A stretch of DNA of 64,000 nucleotides from Octopus sinensis (Eukaryota): positions 43,400,001 to 43,464,000 of the forward strand of contig NC_043004.1 in assembly GCF_006345805.1 (NCBI RefSeq). Reading direction: 5' to 3'. Below are positions 1 to 12,929 of this stretch, in pieces. Within the stretch, counting starts at the first letter, position 1, and each line of letters begins with the position of its first letter. Both the position numbers and the translations under genes were made by a program. A model generated the notes under the pieces. It did not search any database, was not told where the DNA came from, and saw only the letters and a list, made by a program, of their open reading frames with translations.

Positions 1-199
1 GCAGCCCCCCCTCTTTTCTGCTTTCCGGTTTTGGCTGATGGATCCTCGGTTCCCGCGTAGCGGGGCGTTCGAGGCCTTTGCGCTCGCGCGCTTGGCGCGC
101 GCTGGGGGCTTGGTCGGCCCCTTGGGCTTGCGTTGTACTGCTTGTGGCGTTGTGCGTGAGCGCGCTTCGTGTGTGTGGGCTTGCTTCGGATGTGCGCGT

Positions 200-1990
200 G
201 CGTTTGTATGCATACATACCCACACACTCGCATGCATCCCTACCCACATACATACACGCACACTACTCACACACACATACACACACATACCTGCACACAC
301 ACACACATACATACATACACATACATACCTACTTCAGACATACCACACCAGACATACACCCTACACTCACACTCACACGCATACACACACACACATACAT
401 ACGCACACGTACACATACACATACACACCTACATACATACATTACACTTGTATACACACACACTTACATTCATACACACACACACCTACACAGCCATACC
501 CTCACTCAGAGACACACATCTACCTACACACACACACAAACACACACGGACAACACCCCATACATACATACATCTACACACACACGCCTACACACATACA
601 TACACACATACATAAACACACACACATACACATATACAAACATACGCACACACACATATACTTATACACATGCACACACACACTACTACATACACCCATA
701 TACATACACACACACATACCCACATACTCCTATACGCACATACATACACACATACCATACACACATACACACTCACACAAACATACACACACACATACTT
801 ACACACACACTCACCTGCACGCGCACACACCTACATACACACACATATACACACGCCCACACACCTACATACACACACATACATATACACACATACACGG
901 ACACACCCATACATACTTACATACATACACCTATACACACACGCATACACACCTACATACACACACATGCATACACACACACACACATGTACGCACATAA
1001 CACACATATACGCACATACATATATACCCACACACATGCACACACCACACACATACGCACATGCATGCATGCATGCACACGCGCACACCTACACGCATAC
1101 ACACACACACACGCACGTACACATACATACATACACACAGCATACATACACCCATACACATACATGCATGCTACACACACATACATACACAACACACATA
1201 CATACACACACACACACTCACTCACACACCTGTATGTACGCGCACACACATGCACATACACACACTTCCCCACACCCACACGTACATACATACACACTCA
1301 CACACATCCACACACATACATACTTACGCGCATACTCGGAGGCGCGCGCACACACGCGCTTGCGCCGGTTCGCGCACGCATACGCGCCGCATGCACCTCG
1401 CTCTTGGACCCGACGAGACCTCCCGCCCGTTCCTGGGACCGTCGCGTGTCGTTGGGTTTTCCCACGCCCGTCTCCGCGGGACCACTCTTCCATCTTCCCC
1501 TCAGCTGGAGTCCTTTTTCCTTAACCCCCCCTCTTTTCGTTACACACACGCGCACACATATACACACATTGCTTAAATATATACATTACTCTTACACACA
1601 TTCAATCTACTCGCCATTAATACCACCACGACACTGGACACAAACACACACTACTACTCAACACACGCTGGCACGCTACATACGCCCCCACCCCTTCCCC
1701 TCCCTCCCTTCCTCCTTCCTTCTTTTTCTTACTACTGACCTTGTCTGCTAAGCTGACCACTTGTCTCGCCCTACCTCACACGCCTACACACAGACGCACA
1801 CACTAACACACACAATATATTTTTTTTTGTTTTTCATCTCGCCTCACACACACACATACACACACGCACACGCACACACCACACATACACACACGCACAC
1901 GCACACACTCACACATACACACACATCTGTTGCGTTACCAACCTGTCTCCACTCTTTTGCCTTTAAAAACCCACTTTCTCCGTTATCGTA
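200..1990. repeat. Degenerate (CA)n/(CATA)n low-complexity tract, probably low-accuracy sequence
   Basis: Almost entirely CA/TA dinucleotide mixtures; the long His/Thr/Tyr ORFs are a compositional by-product. Confidence 0.9.
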
Positions 1991-1999
1991 AACATCCGC

Positions 2000-2210
2000 C
2001 TTTCACCATGTGCAACTCGTAAACACCAGTCGTCTTTTTTCTCTTCCCTGTTGCCCGCTCTGGATCTTTTTCCTCTCTCTTCCTTCTTTATGTTTCCGAC
2101 GAAGAGCTCCGCTCGAAACGTCATACCTCCCTGCTTCCATTCCTGAGCGCCTATTAATAATAATACTGTAATTGTTCCATTGTTGTTGTTTTTTGTTTCC
2201 CGTTTGGATT

Positions 2211-2212
<2 letters not shown>
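2000..2212 (+). mobile_element. Penelope-like pLTR remnant with degenerate hammerhead
   Basis: ttt-CCGACGA-a-gagc tcc gctc-GAAACGTC at 2093-2122, followed by an 'ttcctgagcg...aata' tail shared with 19375-19550 and 62190-62325; ends at (TA)n. Confidence 0.6.
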
Positions 2213-2254
<42 letters not shown>

Positions 2255-2463
2255 GAGGGTATGCTGAGATTTTCCTGCCATTGATGCAGGAGGATCGTCA
2301 ATTATGATTTTATTCAACATGTTTCCCTCTCCGATTCATACACTTATTGCAACGGCGATTCAGTTTTTCTAACCTATGCAAATAAACTTCCAAGTTTGGG
2401 CCTCCCATGAAGCTTTTCACGATACTTTTAAAGTCTGGTACTTTTCATCTCACTCCCTTCGTC

Positions 2464-2543
<80 letters not shown>

Positions 2544-2640
2544 CATGAAAAAATGTTTGAAAATGTATTTTAAAAGATGTGTTATTTACTTTACCGGTTT
2601 CACTTTTTTTAGAAAAATATCGTCAAAAGTAACATGTAAA

Positions 2641-2965
2641 AGCTTGGTTGTCTTAGTTACTGGTTGTCACAAAATAGTACAATACATATATACATTCTCT
2701 GATACCGAGAACATGTTAAGAACAGTTTACAAAGAAAAATCTTGGGAAAACATAAAATAGTTTAACAAGTCCATCAAAATATTGGGTACAAAAGCTTGGT
2801 TGTGCCAGGTAATGGTTGTTACAAAATATTACAATATACATATACATTCCTTGATAATAAGGACATGCTAAGAACAGCTTACAAGGGAAAATCTTGTGAA
2901 AATATAAAATACTTTAACAAGTTCATTAAAATATTGGGCACAAAAGATTACAACATGTATATACA
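2641..2965. repeat. Tandem duplication, ~150 bp period, about 2.2 copies
   Basis: 'agcttggttgt...aaaatattgg(g/c)acaaa' repeats starting at 2641 and about 2792. Confidence 0.8.
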
Positions 2966-3146
2966 TTCTCAAGAAAATGTTAAAGATTCGAGAAGTTTTG
3001 TTTAAAATATCTATCACTAACAATCTAGAGTGTAGGGATGTTCTTAGAGATATATCTATACTGTAGAATAGTTAAATTATTTCCATATAGATTAACTAAC
3101 TAAAAGACAATATTCTTTGGAATTAATGATATCTATAGCAAAAGTT

Positions 3147-3447
3147 GTGGAGGCACATGTCGTAGTGGTTAGAGCAGCGGACTTGCGGTCGACGGATCGC
3201 GGGTTCAAATCTCAGACCGGGCGATGTGTGTGTTTATGCGCGAAACACCTAAGCTCCTCGCGGCTCCGGCAGAAGGTAATGGCGAACTTCTGCTGACTCT
3301 TTCGCCACAACTTACTCTCACTCTTTCCTCCTGCATCTCGCAGCTCACCTGCGATGGACCGGCGTCTCGTCAAGGTGGGTAACCTATACGCCAAGGATAC
3401 CGGGAAACCGGCCCTTATGAGCCAGGCGTGGCTCGAGAAGGAAGGGA
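3147..3447 (+). mobile_element. tRNA-derived SINE, family 1 (octopus OR/OK-type)
   Basis: A box tagtggttagagc, B box ggttcaaatc, conserved body and 'ggctcgagaaggaa' tail; 9-bp TSD aaaagttgt at 3140-3148 and 3448-3456. Confidence 0.9.
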
Positions 3448-3694
3448 AAAAGTTGTTAATATAATGCCTTTTGTCATTAGAAACATGTGTAAAATTCGTA
3501 TGAAAGTATAACTGAAACAAAGGTTCTTGATGAAATAGAAGCCTTTTTAAACAGTGGTTTTAATAGGAACTCTTTGTAAAGGATGAATCCCCAACTCTTC
3601 TGGCGTGGTGCTTGGAAGCAATATATGACGTTTGAATCTTGTATTAAAACTAGGTTATACAGAAAACATAATTATGTACGTTACGACTCGCAAG

Positions 3695-4723
3695 CTTTTT
3701 CATATACGATCACAAGCTATGCAGATGATACAAAAGTTTCACAGGCAATACAGAACCCTGAGGACACTAAACGCCTGCAATGTGAGCTGGACAAAATATA
3801 CAAGTGGGCTGAAAAGAATAGCATGCAGTTCAATGCTGAAAAGTTTCAAGCTTTATACTATCAGCATACAAAACTAAATGCAATACCCAATGAATACACT
3901 GGACCCGGAGGAATAGCAATCCCAGAGGCACAATCAGTGCGTGACCTGGGTATTTACATGAGTGATGACGCAACCTTTCGTGTACAGGTTGCTAAATTGG
4001 CAATGAAATGTAGACGACTGCCCGGATGGATCCTCAGAACCTTTAGAACAAAAGAACAAGAAACCATGATGGTCCTCTGGAGGACACTTGCCCTAAGCCA
4101 CTTTGACTACTGCTCTCAGTTATGGTCACCATCCAGTGTCAAGTTGATCACAGAGCTCGAGGCGATCCAACGCAGCTACACGAAGAAGATAGCCTCTATG
4201 CAGAATGTAAGCTACTGGGAAAGACTCAAGAGATTAAAACTATATTCCCTGGAGCGTAGGCGGGAAAGATATGCCATAATATACATCTGGAAGATCCTGG
4301 AGGGACGTGTCCTAAACTTTGGCATCGAGAGTTACGCAAATGCCAGAACTGGGCGCCACAGCGTGGTGCCTAGGACTCCAAGTTTCCCATCAAGATGTAG
4401 GACAAGATCCTGTGATAGCCTGGGCTTCCGTGGCCCACAGCTCTTCAATATCCTCCCGAAGAACCTGAGAGACCTGCATGGGGTGGATGCGGATGTCTTT
4501 AAAATGAAACTGGATCTCTTCCTGCCAGGTGTCCCAGATGAACCAACTTCACGACAGGAGGTGCAGATGATGGCAGCTGCATCGAACTCTCTCATGCACC
4601 AAATGGCATTTGCTAAAAAAGCTTTCGTGAAGTAAAACCAAGTAGCAACACCAAATGGCGGTGCCCCAGCATGGCCACAGCTCATAAGCTGAACCTAGAA
4701 TCAATCAATCAATCAATCAATCA
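3695..4723 (+). mobile_element. 5'-truncated CR1-clade LINE (C-terminal RT, 3' UTR, (TCAA)n tail)
   Basis: ORF 3583-4635 contains SYADDTK, FNAEKF, DLGIYM, FDYCSQLWSP, YWERLKRLKLYSLERRRER and FNILPKNLR; (tcaa)n tail at about 4700-4723. Confidence 0.9.
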
Positions 4724-4755
4724 TGTATTTCTTTACGAATGACATTGAAGCAGTT

Positions 4756-5056
4756 GTGAAGGCACATGGCCTAGTGGTTAGAGCAGCGGACTGGCGGTCG
4801 AGGGATCACGGTTCGAATCTCAGACCGGCCGATGTGTGTGTTTATGAACGAAACACCTAAGTTCTACCCAGCTCCGGCAGAAGGTAATGGTGAAACTTCT
4901 GCTGACTCTTTCGCCACAACTTTCTCTCAATCTTTCCTCCTGCATCTTGCAGCTCACCTGAGACGGACAGGCGTCCTGTCCAGGTAGGGAACCTATACGC
5001 CAAGAAACCGGGAAACCGGCCCTTATGAGCCAGTCATGACTCGAGAAAGAACAACT
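4756..5056 (+). mobile_element. tRNA-derived SINE, family 1
   Basis: Near-identical to 3147-3447. Confidence 0.9.
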
Positions 5057-5459
5057 ACCAAAGCGATTAGTCTTCTCGCAATTAATATCGCTGTTAGCGA
5101 CACAAAAATAGACGCATATTCCCCAAACATACTTCCAAAGAAACAACAAACAATTGCCCCTAACAAAGAATTTTCCCTATACGGAAATCTCCATCTCCAT
5201 ACTATACACACACACAATACAAAAACACAAAAATCTCACACACGCATGTACGCACGCACACTTAAGAGCATGCATCAACTATCACACACATTCATACAAA
5301 CGCATATTTATGTACGTGTGTTGCGCTGCATGTGTATTCATGTGCATATAATCATTGATAACTTTAGGACATCAGGTGATATCATAGGTTATACTTTTGT
5401 GATAACACAAACATACGCACACACACACACATATTTCATCCTCCCCATATGTAACCCGT

Positions 5460-6197
5460 GATCTTTTCGGTTTGAACGGCAGTTTTTAACATTTCTAGGT
5501 AACTAAAAAATTTTTAACTTCGTATACTGGTAGAATGTGTTTATAAAACATATTTTTCTCTTGGCTTTATTGAGAAAATTCTATAGTTTGTAAGATATTT
5601 GTTGTTTTTTTCTTCAATTTCTACAATTTCAACCAATCAGTGACGTCTATTGAGTTAAAAAGCATTCTGTGCCGTATGAATATGTCCCTCGTTTAAGAAA
5701 CAGATTGGGTTTATTTACATTTGTGAAGAAAAAAAGATACCCTTCTCCCTACCCCTACCCCTACCCCTAACCCTAAAACAGATTGAAATGCAATAGATCA
5801 TAATTATGGGTGACAATTTCATATGACACCTCTAGAAAAAAACTGCCGTTCAAACCGAAAAGATCCGGATTTATTTTGTACGAAATCAATAATCGGTAAT
5901 AACATAAAGACAATTTTGCACGTTCATTCCAAGAGCTTTTGTTTACTTGTTCTTTCCTTTCGGTCACTTACTCTAATCCTCTTTCGCTTCCACACTCTCT
6001 TGCTACATTTACGATCTTTTTTATTGAATTCTCTGAACCTTGGAAGCATGTAATTATCTTTACTCGGTTTTCATTTTGTTCCGGGTTTTTTTTTTATATA
6101 TTAGTTCTTCCTATAGTGTACTCAGTTCCTTTTTAATCACTGACAATTTCATATGACACCGCTAGAAAAAAAAATGCCGTTCAAACCGAAAAGATCC
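5460..6197 (+). mobile_element. Non-autonomous TIR element (MITE/HINE-like) plus attached ~330 bp module
   Basis: Inverted repeat gatcttttcggtttgaacggcagtttt at 5460; its reverse complement ends at 5866 and again at 6197. Internal (cccta(c/a))n at 5747-5776. Second copy at 36471-37173 on the minus strand. Confidence 0.75.
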
Positions 6198-8269
6198 GTA
6201 TCCCACTGCAAACAATGTAAGAATGCATGTTATCAAAGTTTACTGCTTTTTCGTGAATTGTGCTGACGTTGATCACTTCAGTCTTCCATTACTATGAACA
6301 TATTTTGTTTTACATTAGAAATGTTACATTTCCCTTCATTGTAGCAATTTATATACGTTTCATATCGCTCTATATTACCGCAGTTGATATATTACGTTGT
6401 GCAAATTGTTCGTTCGTAATATTTGCTTCAGGATTCAACAGAAATTCTTATATTCTAAGTACAAGGCTTTCATTTCAATCTGCATTATCTGAATAAGATT
6501 TACTGTTACCGAACTGGATTATGTAGCTGCAGCTTCAATATATTTTGAGGTCATTTCTGGATGTATTTCAGATTGTGCAGAAGTTATAGGAAATCATGTC
6601 TGATTAATACTGCCTTGCATTTTGCTATTTATTTCGTTGCCTCGAATTCCCTAACTGTTACGAAAGAATTGCACCAACTATACTTTTATTTACTTTCGCT
6701 TCTTTCCGAATGTCTTTGCTTAAGTATCTGAATATCGCTTGCTGGAAAGATAGGGAAAAAAGAACACTCTAAAATTTTAGTTTTCTGCCTTTATCTATCG
6801 TATGCACAATTTTCATAAAAATATCCTTCGATAATTGTATAGTTATAAATGCATATAGCGTGAAAGAGCTATGGGTTATTCTACATAATATCTGTTGAAA
6901 AGAGTTTCATGATATAGGCTTCAAAACGTTGCCAATGCCTCTTACCCTGTCACTCTTGCTGTCTGTAACTGTGCATATGTCTATACATATTTGTATACAT
7001 TCGTGCAAGCATAAGCACACATACACGTACACACCCACTATCTCTCTCTCTCCCTCGCACAAAAGCATATATTACAAAGAATAAGTAATATTGAGTTATA
7101 TAACTCATGCATAAACACAGTAATTTAGGGCTTTTCCTGTGTATTTCCCATTCGTGTTATATTTACTTTACCTCTCTCACAAATAAGATTTTCTATTGAA
7201 GTCAAACAGTCTAAGCTGGTGCATTGGGTATTCTCACGTGACTTAATGATATAATTGAATAATAAATGTAGATGTCCCTACGTGAGTGTGAGAGTACTGT
7301 GTCATGTGTTGCATAATTCAAAAGCATCCATAAAATTTTAAGGAAATGGCATTGAATATTTCATTCCAGCTTGATAAATACTAATTGCTGCATGTATTAA
7401 TTTAAGTCCCTTGCTATAATACATGGTATTCGTTTGGCACACTACAGGAAACATTGTGGGTTTTAAAAAAAAAAATGTAATCTTATGTGAGTTATCCGTT
7501 TACTTACACACTGATACACACACTCACAAACGCACATAGACGCACGTATTGCTATTATTTTGATAGCGAACATTCAGAAAACTTGTGATTGTTTATCAGT
7601 TACTACTCCAAGAGAAACAAATGCGACTTTGATATAATCCATATGTTTGTGTGTGTGTGTGTGTGTGAATGAATGTTATATATGTACATGGGTACTAGCA
7701 ACATTTTTTTATATCATTATTTTCGTTTTTTTCTTACCTTATCGACACTAGAATGAATGTCTGATAGTATGTGTTATATTAAACTGAAACATGATATCGG
7801 ATTCGTAAATCTCTTGACAATAAGATGGGAAACCATTTAACCATCAAATTCTGTATTCTGACTGCACAAAATTAAATACCAGACATTGAATATGCAATGA
7901 TAATCCCCTTAAAAACAATGTGTTCTAGGTTTGTGTTGCCAGTGTGTGCTGAATGAAAAACCTATGGTTGCTGTTCAGGTACTTCACAGGAAGTAAGATA
8001 CTCGTGACACAACTCTATATATACTTCTATTATTATTATTCCTACAAATCAATTGTTTATCAAGTTAAATCAATGTTAACAAATTTAATGCAGAACAAGG
8101 TGCAACTGTAATCAAGAATCTTATGGGTACAAAGTGCATACTTTTCTCAATGCGCACTTACATTTTAAACATAGCGGAAGGTAGGGGGACAGAAGAAAAC
8201 TTTCTCGGTCATGTTGTATTGCCCTGCAATGTGTATAACTTTTGAAATAATAATGATAACGACGCTATA

Positions 8270-9105
8270 TACGCGGAGGAAGCCAAAAGTAACCGGACAC
8301 GTCCTTTGTAGGACAAGCCCTTTGTAGCTCAGGCTTCCGCCACTAGAAGCCTCTTGATGCGACACTTAGATATCAGTCTGCTGACCGTCGTCATCGAGTG
8401 CAGTACTGCACGTGTTGCGTCTTTGCAGTACTTCTCCCCTGTTCGTCCACTTGGCGTGCTTTCGTGAAATTCTGCTTTCAGCTGGGGAAAACGGCAACCG
8501 AAACAGTCGTAATGATTCAAACAACTTAGTACAACGCTGCCATGAGGAAAATATAAGTTTACCAATGGTTTTCACGCTTTAGAAATTGTTACTTGCACCG
8601 ACGTCGTTCAGGGCCACCGTCGACCTCCCGAAAGAATGAAAAACTCACGGAAAGTCATGCAGTGATCTTGGAGGACCGCCACTGAACAATTGACGAACTT
8701 CTTGACATGATTGGTGTGTCCTAGTATTCATGCCAACGAAATTTGCGCAACAAATTGCAAATTTGTGTCTCACTTGCTGAAGGAAAATCAAAACGCAGTC
8801 ACGATTGAACGATTTTCATGAACTGAGAAAACAGTTGGAAATTGATCCGGACATTTTTCGAATGTTATGACAGGTGGTGTTACGGAATTTGAAGCTGTTA
8901 AAGTGGTGAAGTAAAGACGACGGAAGCGTTAAAAGGCATCACTTTGCAAGAGTACCAGCACTGCTTCGAAAAGTAGAAAATTCATCTGGACCGATGCATT
9001 GCTTCAAATGGACAATACTTTGAAGGCGAAAAAACTGTAAACATATAGAACTGAGTGAATAAAATAATGACGCAAGATTCCGGTTTCTTTTGGGTACCTC
9101 CTCGT
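8270..9105 (+). mobile_element. Internally deleted, decayed mariner transposon
   Basis: Translates to KFCFQLGKTATET...VYQWFSRFR...TIDELLDMIGVS, then CFEK*KIHLDRCIASNGQYFEG. Imperfect TIRs tacgcggaggaagccaaaagtaaccgga / ttccggtttcttttgggtacctcctcgta with TA flanks. Confidence 0.8.
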
Positions 9106-9134
9106 ATATTTCTAACGTACAATTTATATATTAA

Positions 9135-9340
9135 AAGGCGGCATGCTGACAGAAATGTTAGCATGCCGGGCGAAATGCTGAGCGGTATTTCGTCTGTGTT
9201 TACGTTCTGATTCCAAATTCCGCCGATCTCGACTATGTCTTTCCTCCTTTCGGTGTCGATAAATTTACTACCGCGTGTGTACTGAGATCGATCTAATCGA
9301 CTGGAACCCTTCCCAAAAATTTCGGGCCTTGTACCAAGAT
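9135..9340 (+). mobile_element. tRNA-derived SINE, family 2 (diverged, tail type B)
   Basis: aaggcggc..ctg(g)cagaaa head and cctttc.tcctttcgg.gtcgataaa core. Confidence 0.75.
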
Positions 9341-10802
9341 TGGTAAAGAATATTTGTTTCAAAATACAAAGTTAAGTATTAATACGTACACATGATCATT
9401 AACACAGATTCATCGAAACGGGGAAGAAATTAAGCATGTCCTTTTTATTTCTGCCTGATAATTACGTACTAGAAATGAAAATGAGTACTCTATAATATAT
9501 TTTGCTTAAAATCCTTTAAGAGCCAACCATGTAAAAGGGATCTATGTATTAAGTGACAACGTATGATGTGCAGAACTGACGACGCTATATACGCGGAGGT
9601 AGCCAAAAGTAATCGGAAACGTCCTCTGTAGGACAAGCCCTTTGTAGCTCAGGCTTCCGCCACTCGTGAGTATATATAACGTGAAATCTTTCTAAGGCGG
9701 CGTGCTTGAAGAATTTTTAGAAGCCAGGCACAATGCTTAGCAACATTTCGACCCTCTCGAGTCCACATTGTGCAGTGTTGAACATTGCCTTTAAGCATTT
9801 CGGGTTCAATAGAGTGAATAGCATATATATATATTGAGTCGATATAATCGATTTATCGCCATTCCCCAAAGTTTTTTGCCAAATTTGAAATCAATATTAC
9901 CTCTATCTTTACATTAGTCACAAACTGAATTTCTTTTGGATGTCACAATTTGTATACCTTTTAGAATATCACTGGTTAATGCACAGAAGTCTTCCAAAAA
10001 AATTGAGATTTTCAGAAAATGCTTCATGTAAAAACGAATGTTTCTAACATAGTTGCATACCTACTAAAATAGTTAGTTTCATGTTTGTGTTCGGACTTCA
10101 TGCTACGGCAATTTTTAAATTCCACGTACAGATATCATTGTAGTTTCCGAAACTTTCCTTCAGCTCATCACATTAAGAATTCTTGCAACGCAAACGAATG
10201 TAGAATATCCTTACATGCTATATTTTGATAAACGAATTCATCAACTTAAATTTCCCTGAGTTGTCTCCCTACCTTGCAATTTATTGTTTATTTGAATAAT
10301 CTCGAAACGTAATCTGAACTATATTTTCTATTTATGTATTTATTATTCATTTCAGTGAGATATTTTATGGTCGATATAAACTACAAGAGAAAAGAAGTTA
10401 TGTTAAAATATTTTTTCTCCTTTGTAGGAAAAAAGAATCTATTAATCATTCGAATGGTATAATTAAATTTATGATATCAGTACGAACACTAGAGAGCTAT
10501 TATATTCCATTAATTCAATAAAGTAAATTCCATTCGGAATATAAAGCATTTATTTATATCGGATTTATGTAGTCTTAATGCTTGATGTTGTAGATAATAC
10601 ACGTGAGAGCCATGCTTGGTTCTGAACATTGTCGAAGCAGCACTCTTCATTAGACAAGTGATTGTTTAAGTTAAGGATATGAGACGAGTCTCTTATCCAT
10701 ACACATCACTTTTTGTTTAATCTAAATGTGGCTTACCCTCCCTGCACCAAATCTGAGAATCAAATGGAAATTATCAAAGCAAAGGAGTTTGTAGGGGCGG
10801 TC

Positions 10803-10899
<97 letters not shown>

Positions 10900-10949
10900 G
10901 TTCTTAATATTGTTGTGCAAGATTTTATGTGAAGTCGTGTGTTGAAACA

Positions 10950-11383
10950 TATTGTTATATTTCGGAATGGTCATTTTGCCAGTTTAGCCAATAAAATAAG
11001 AATAAACAAAAACAACAACAACAAAAACAAAATACAAATTACATGAACGTATATAAACAGAAGATACAAATATTACAGGCATCCCCCCACATACACAGAC
11101 TAAATAAACATAGACGCACCTAGAGATATAAGCACGCGCAAATGAAGACATACAATAGAAATACAAAATGGCTGACGGTTAGTAAGGAGAGACACAAATA
11201 AGAAAGAAGAAATTAAAGGACCACTGATGGGGTCACAGGAATGTGACGAAAGAACTCTGGCCGAAATAAGATTAAGATTAATGTAAAAAATAAATAACAC
11301 TGAAGCAAAATAACACCAAATATATAGTGCATGTGTTTTTATTGGCTAAACTGGCAAAATGACCATTCCGAAATATAACAATA
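10950..11383 (+). mobile_element. 434-bp pLTR-type mini-element with perfect 47-bp terminal inverted repeats and an internal hammerhead
   Basis: 10950-10996 is the exact reverse complement of 11337-11383; HHR-like motif at 11219-11262. Confidence 0.8.
11219..11262 (+). ncRNA. Minimal type I hammerhead ribozyme, one core substitution (A9G)
   Basis: cca-CTGATGG-g-gtcac aggaat gtgac-GAAA gaac TC-tgg: stem I cca/tgg, 5-bp stem II. Confidence 0.65.
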
Positions 11384-11429
11384 TATATATATAGTATACT
11401 ATACTATAGCATACTATTCAAAATAGTAC

Positions 11430-11680
11430 TGATATGCGTCCTTACCTTGTTTGTTCCCACCACAACGTTTCGGGTGAGGTACTCCCAAGGTTTCATCACG
11501 TGTTCTATTGGAATTCGAAATATTGGGGTAATCTGTTGATATTTTGAGTATATTGTTTCCCAGGTCCCTACTAATCCAAGGATTGGTAGCCTGCACTCTG
11601 TGTTCTCCGTTTTTCAATACATGATCGGTTATCCCGATCTTTCATTATTCCTTAGTATCAAAACTTTGCATTGTTCCTTA
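11430..11680 (-). mobile_element. Decayed pLTR-like remnant with broken hammerhead
   Basis: Minus strand cac-GTGATGA-a...GAAACGTT-gtg at 11461-11502; stem II no longer pairs cleanly. Confidence 0.35.
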
Positions 11681-11695
11681 ACAATTATATATAGT

Positions 11696-11774
<79 letters not shown>

Positions 11775-11873
11775 CATATATATATACATATATATACATA
11801 TATATATATATTATATATATATATATATATATAACATATATATATATATATATATATACATATATATATAATA

Positions 11874-11947
11874 ATAAATATTAGGCAATAAATCCAAATT
11901 TACAGGGAAAAATCAGATTTAGGATTAAATCCAATTTTATAGTAAAA
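11874..11947 (-). mobile_element. Solo terminal tail of the large HHR element family
   Basis: Near-identical to 25308-25385 (aaatattagg.aataaatccaaatttacagggaaaaaatcagatttagg); lies inside (TA)n. Confidence 0.85.
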
Positions 11948-11987
11948 TTAATATTATACATATATATATATATACATTTATATATAT

Positions 11988-12039
<52 letters not shown>

Positions 12040-12044
12040 CATTC

Positions 12045-12091
<47 letters not shown>

Positions 12092-12106
12092 ATATAGATA
12101 GATACA

Positions 12107-12186
<80 letters not shown>

Positions 12187-12329
12187 ACTCTCTTGTCGAA
12201 GGTGACGTGTGATCATTCAGCTTTTGCAGAACGACGTGGCAAACCAAATGTTTTGTTTATTATTATCAAATGTTCGAACTACGTTAGTTTATTGTCTCCA
12301 ATACGTCTGAGCAGGTGCACTGTGTACCA

Positions 12330-12460
12330 CGTGTCAGGTGTCGAAGTTAATGCAGATAACATGAAATGAAGTGTTATGCTCAAGATCACAATGCACCACC
12401 CACTTCAGGAATTGAAACCCTGATCTCGCCGTCGTTAGTGCAACTCCCTAACCAGTAGAT
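12330..12460 (-). mobile_element. Decayed tRNA/CORE-like SINE remnant
   Basis: aacatgaaatgaagtgttatgctcaaga...gaattgaaaccc...cctaaccagtag (reverse B/A boxes). Confidence 0.5.
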
Positions 12461-12929
12461 TATATGCATATATATACACACACAATATGATGTAAGTATC
12501 AAACTTGATACATAATTAATTGTCTGTGAAAACAATTTAACGAAGATGGGGAAAGAAATGCGCTATTGCGCTATTCAGCCATGTACAGTATATTAAATAT
12601 GCTGTCTATATCTAAGAATATTTAAGACTATTTTTAAAGTGCAGACTATTTTTAAAATGCAGATTCCAAGACAGGTGAATATAATATAGATGAGTAACAG
12701 TAGAGATGCAGGTGCCAATAAATTACGGCTGCTTCTAGCGACACCTATAACTGATTAATGAAAACATTACTTTCTTATAAAGAAACATTTTTGGTCAGAT
12801 ACATTCATGAACTTTGAAATAAAGGACATTCAAAATGGTTTAACATAGTGTATATATATATATTGTTCTATTTTGGGATAGCCATTTCTTCCTTTTGGGA
12901 AATAAACAGACGCACTATACATTACGTTC

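Noticed and set aside
38-1751. Long His/Thr/Tyr-rich ORFs (320, 557 and 284 aa) and their Cys/Val antisense partners
   Set aside because: Direct translation of CA-rich low-complexity DNA, which lacks stop codons in several frames.
3147-3225. tRNA genes at SINE heads
   Set aside because: A/B boxes are present but run directly into SINE bodies; no complete cloverleaf.
5747-5776. Interstitial telomere array
   Set aside because: Only two true CCCTAA units, and they are an internal part of a dispersed element.
7929-7978. Possible plus-strand exon (LCCQCVLNEKPMVAVQ)
   Set aside because: Weak acceptor, no recognisable homology, no neighbouring exons to link.
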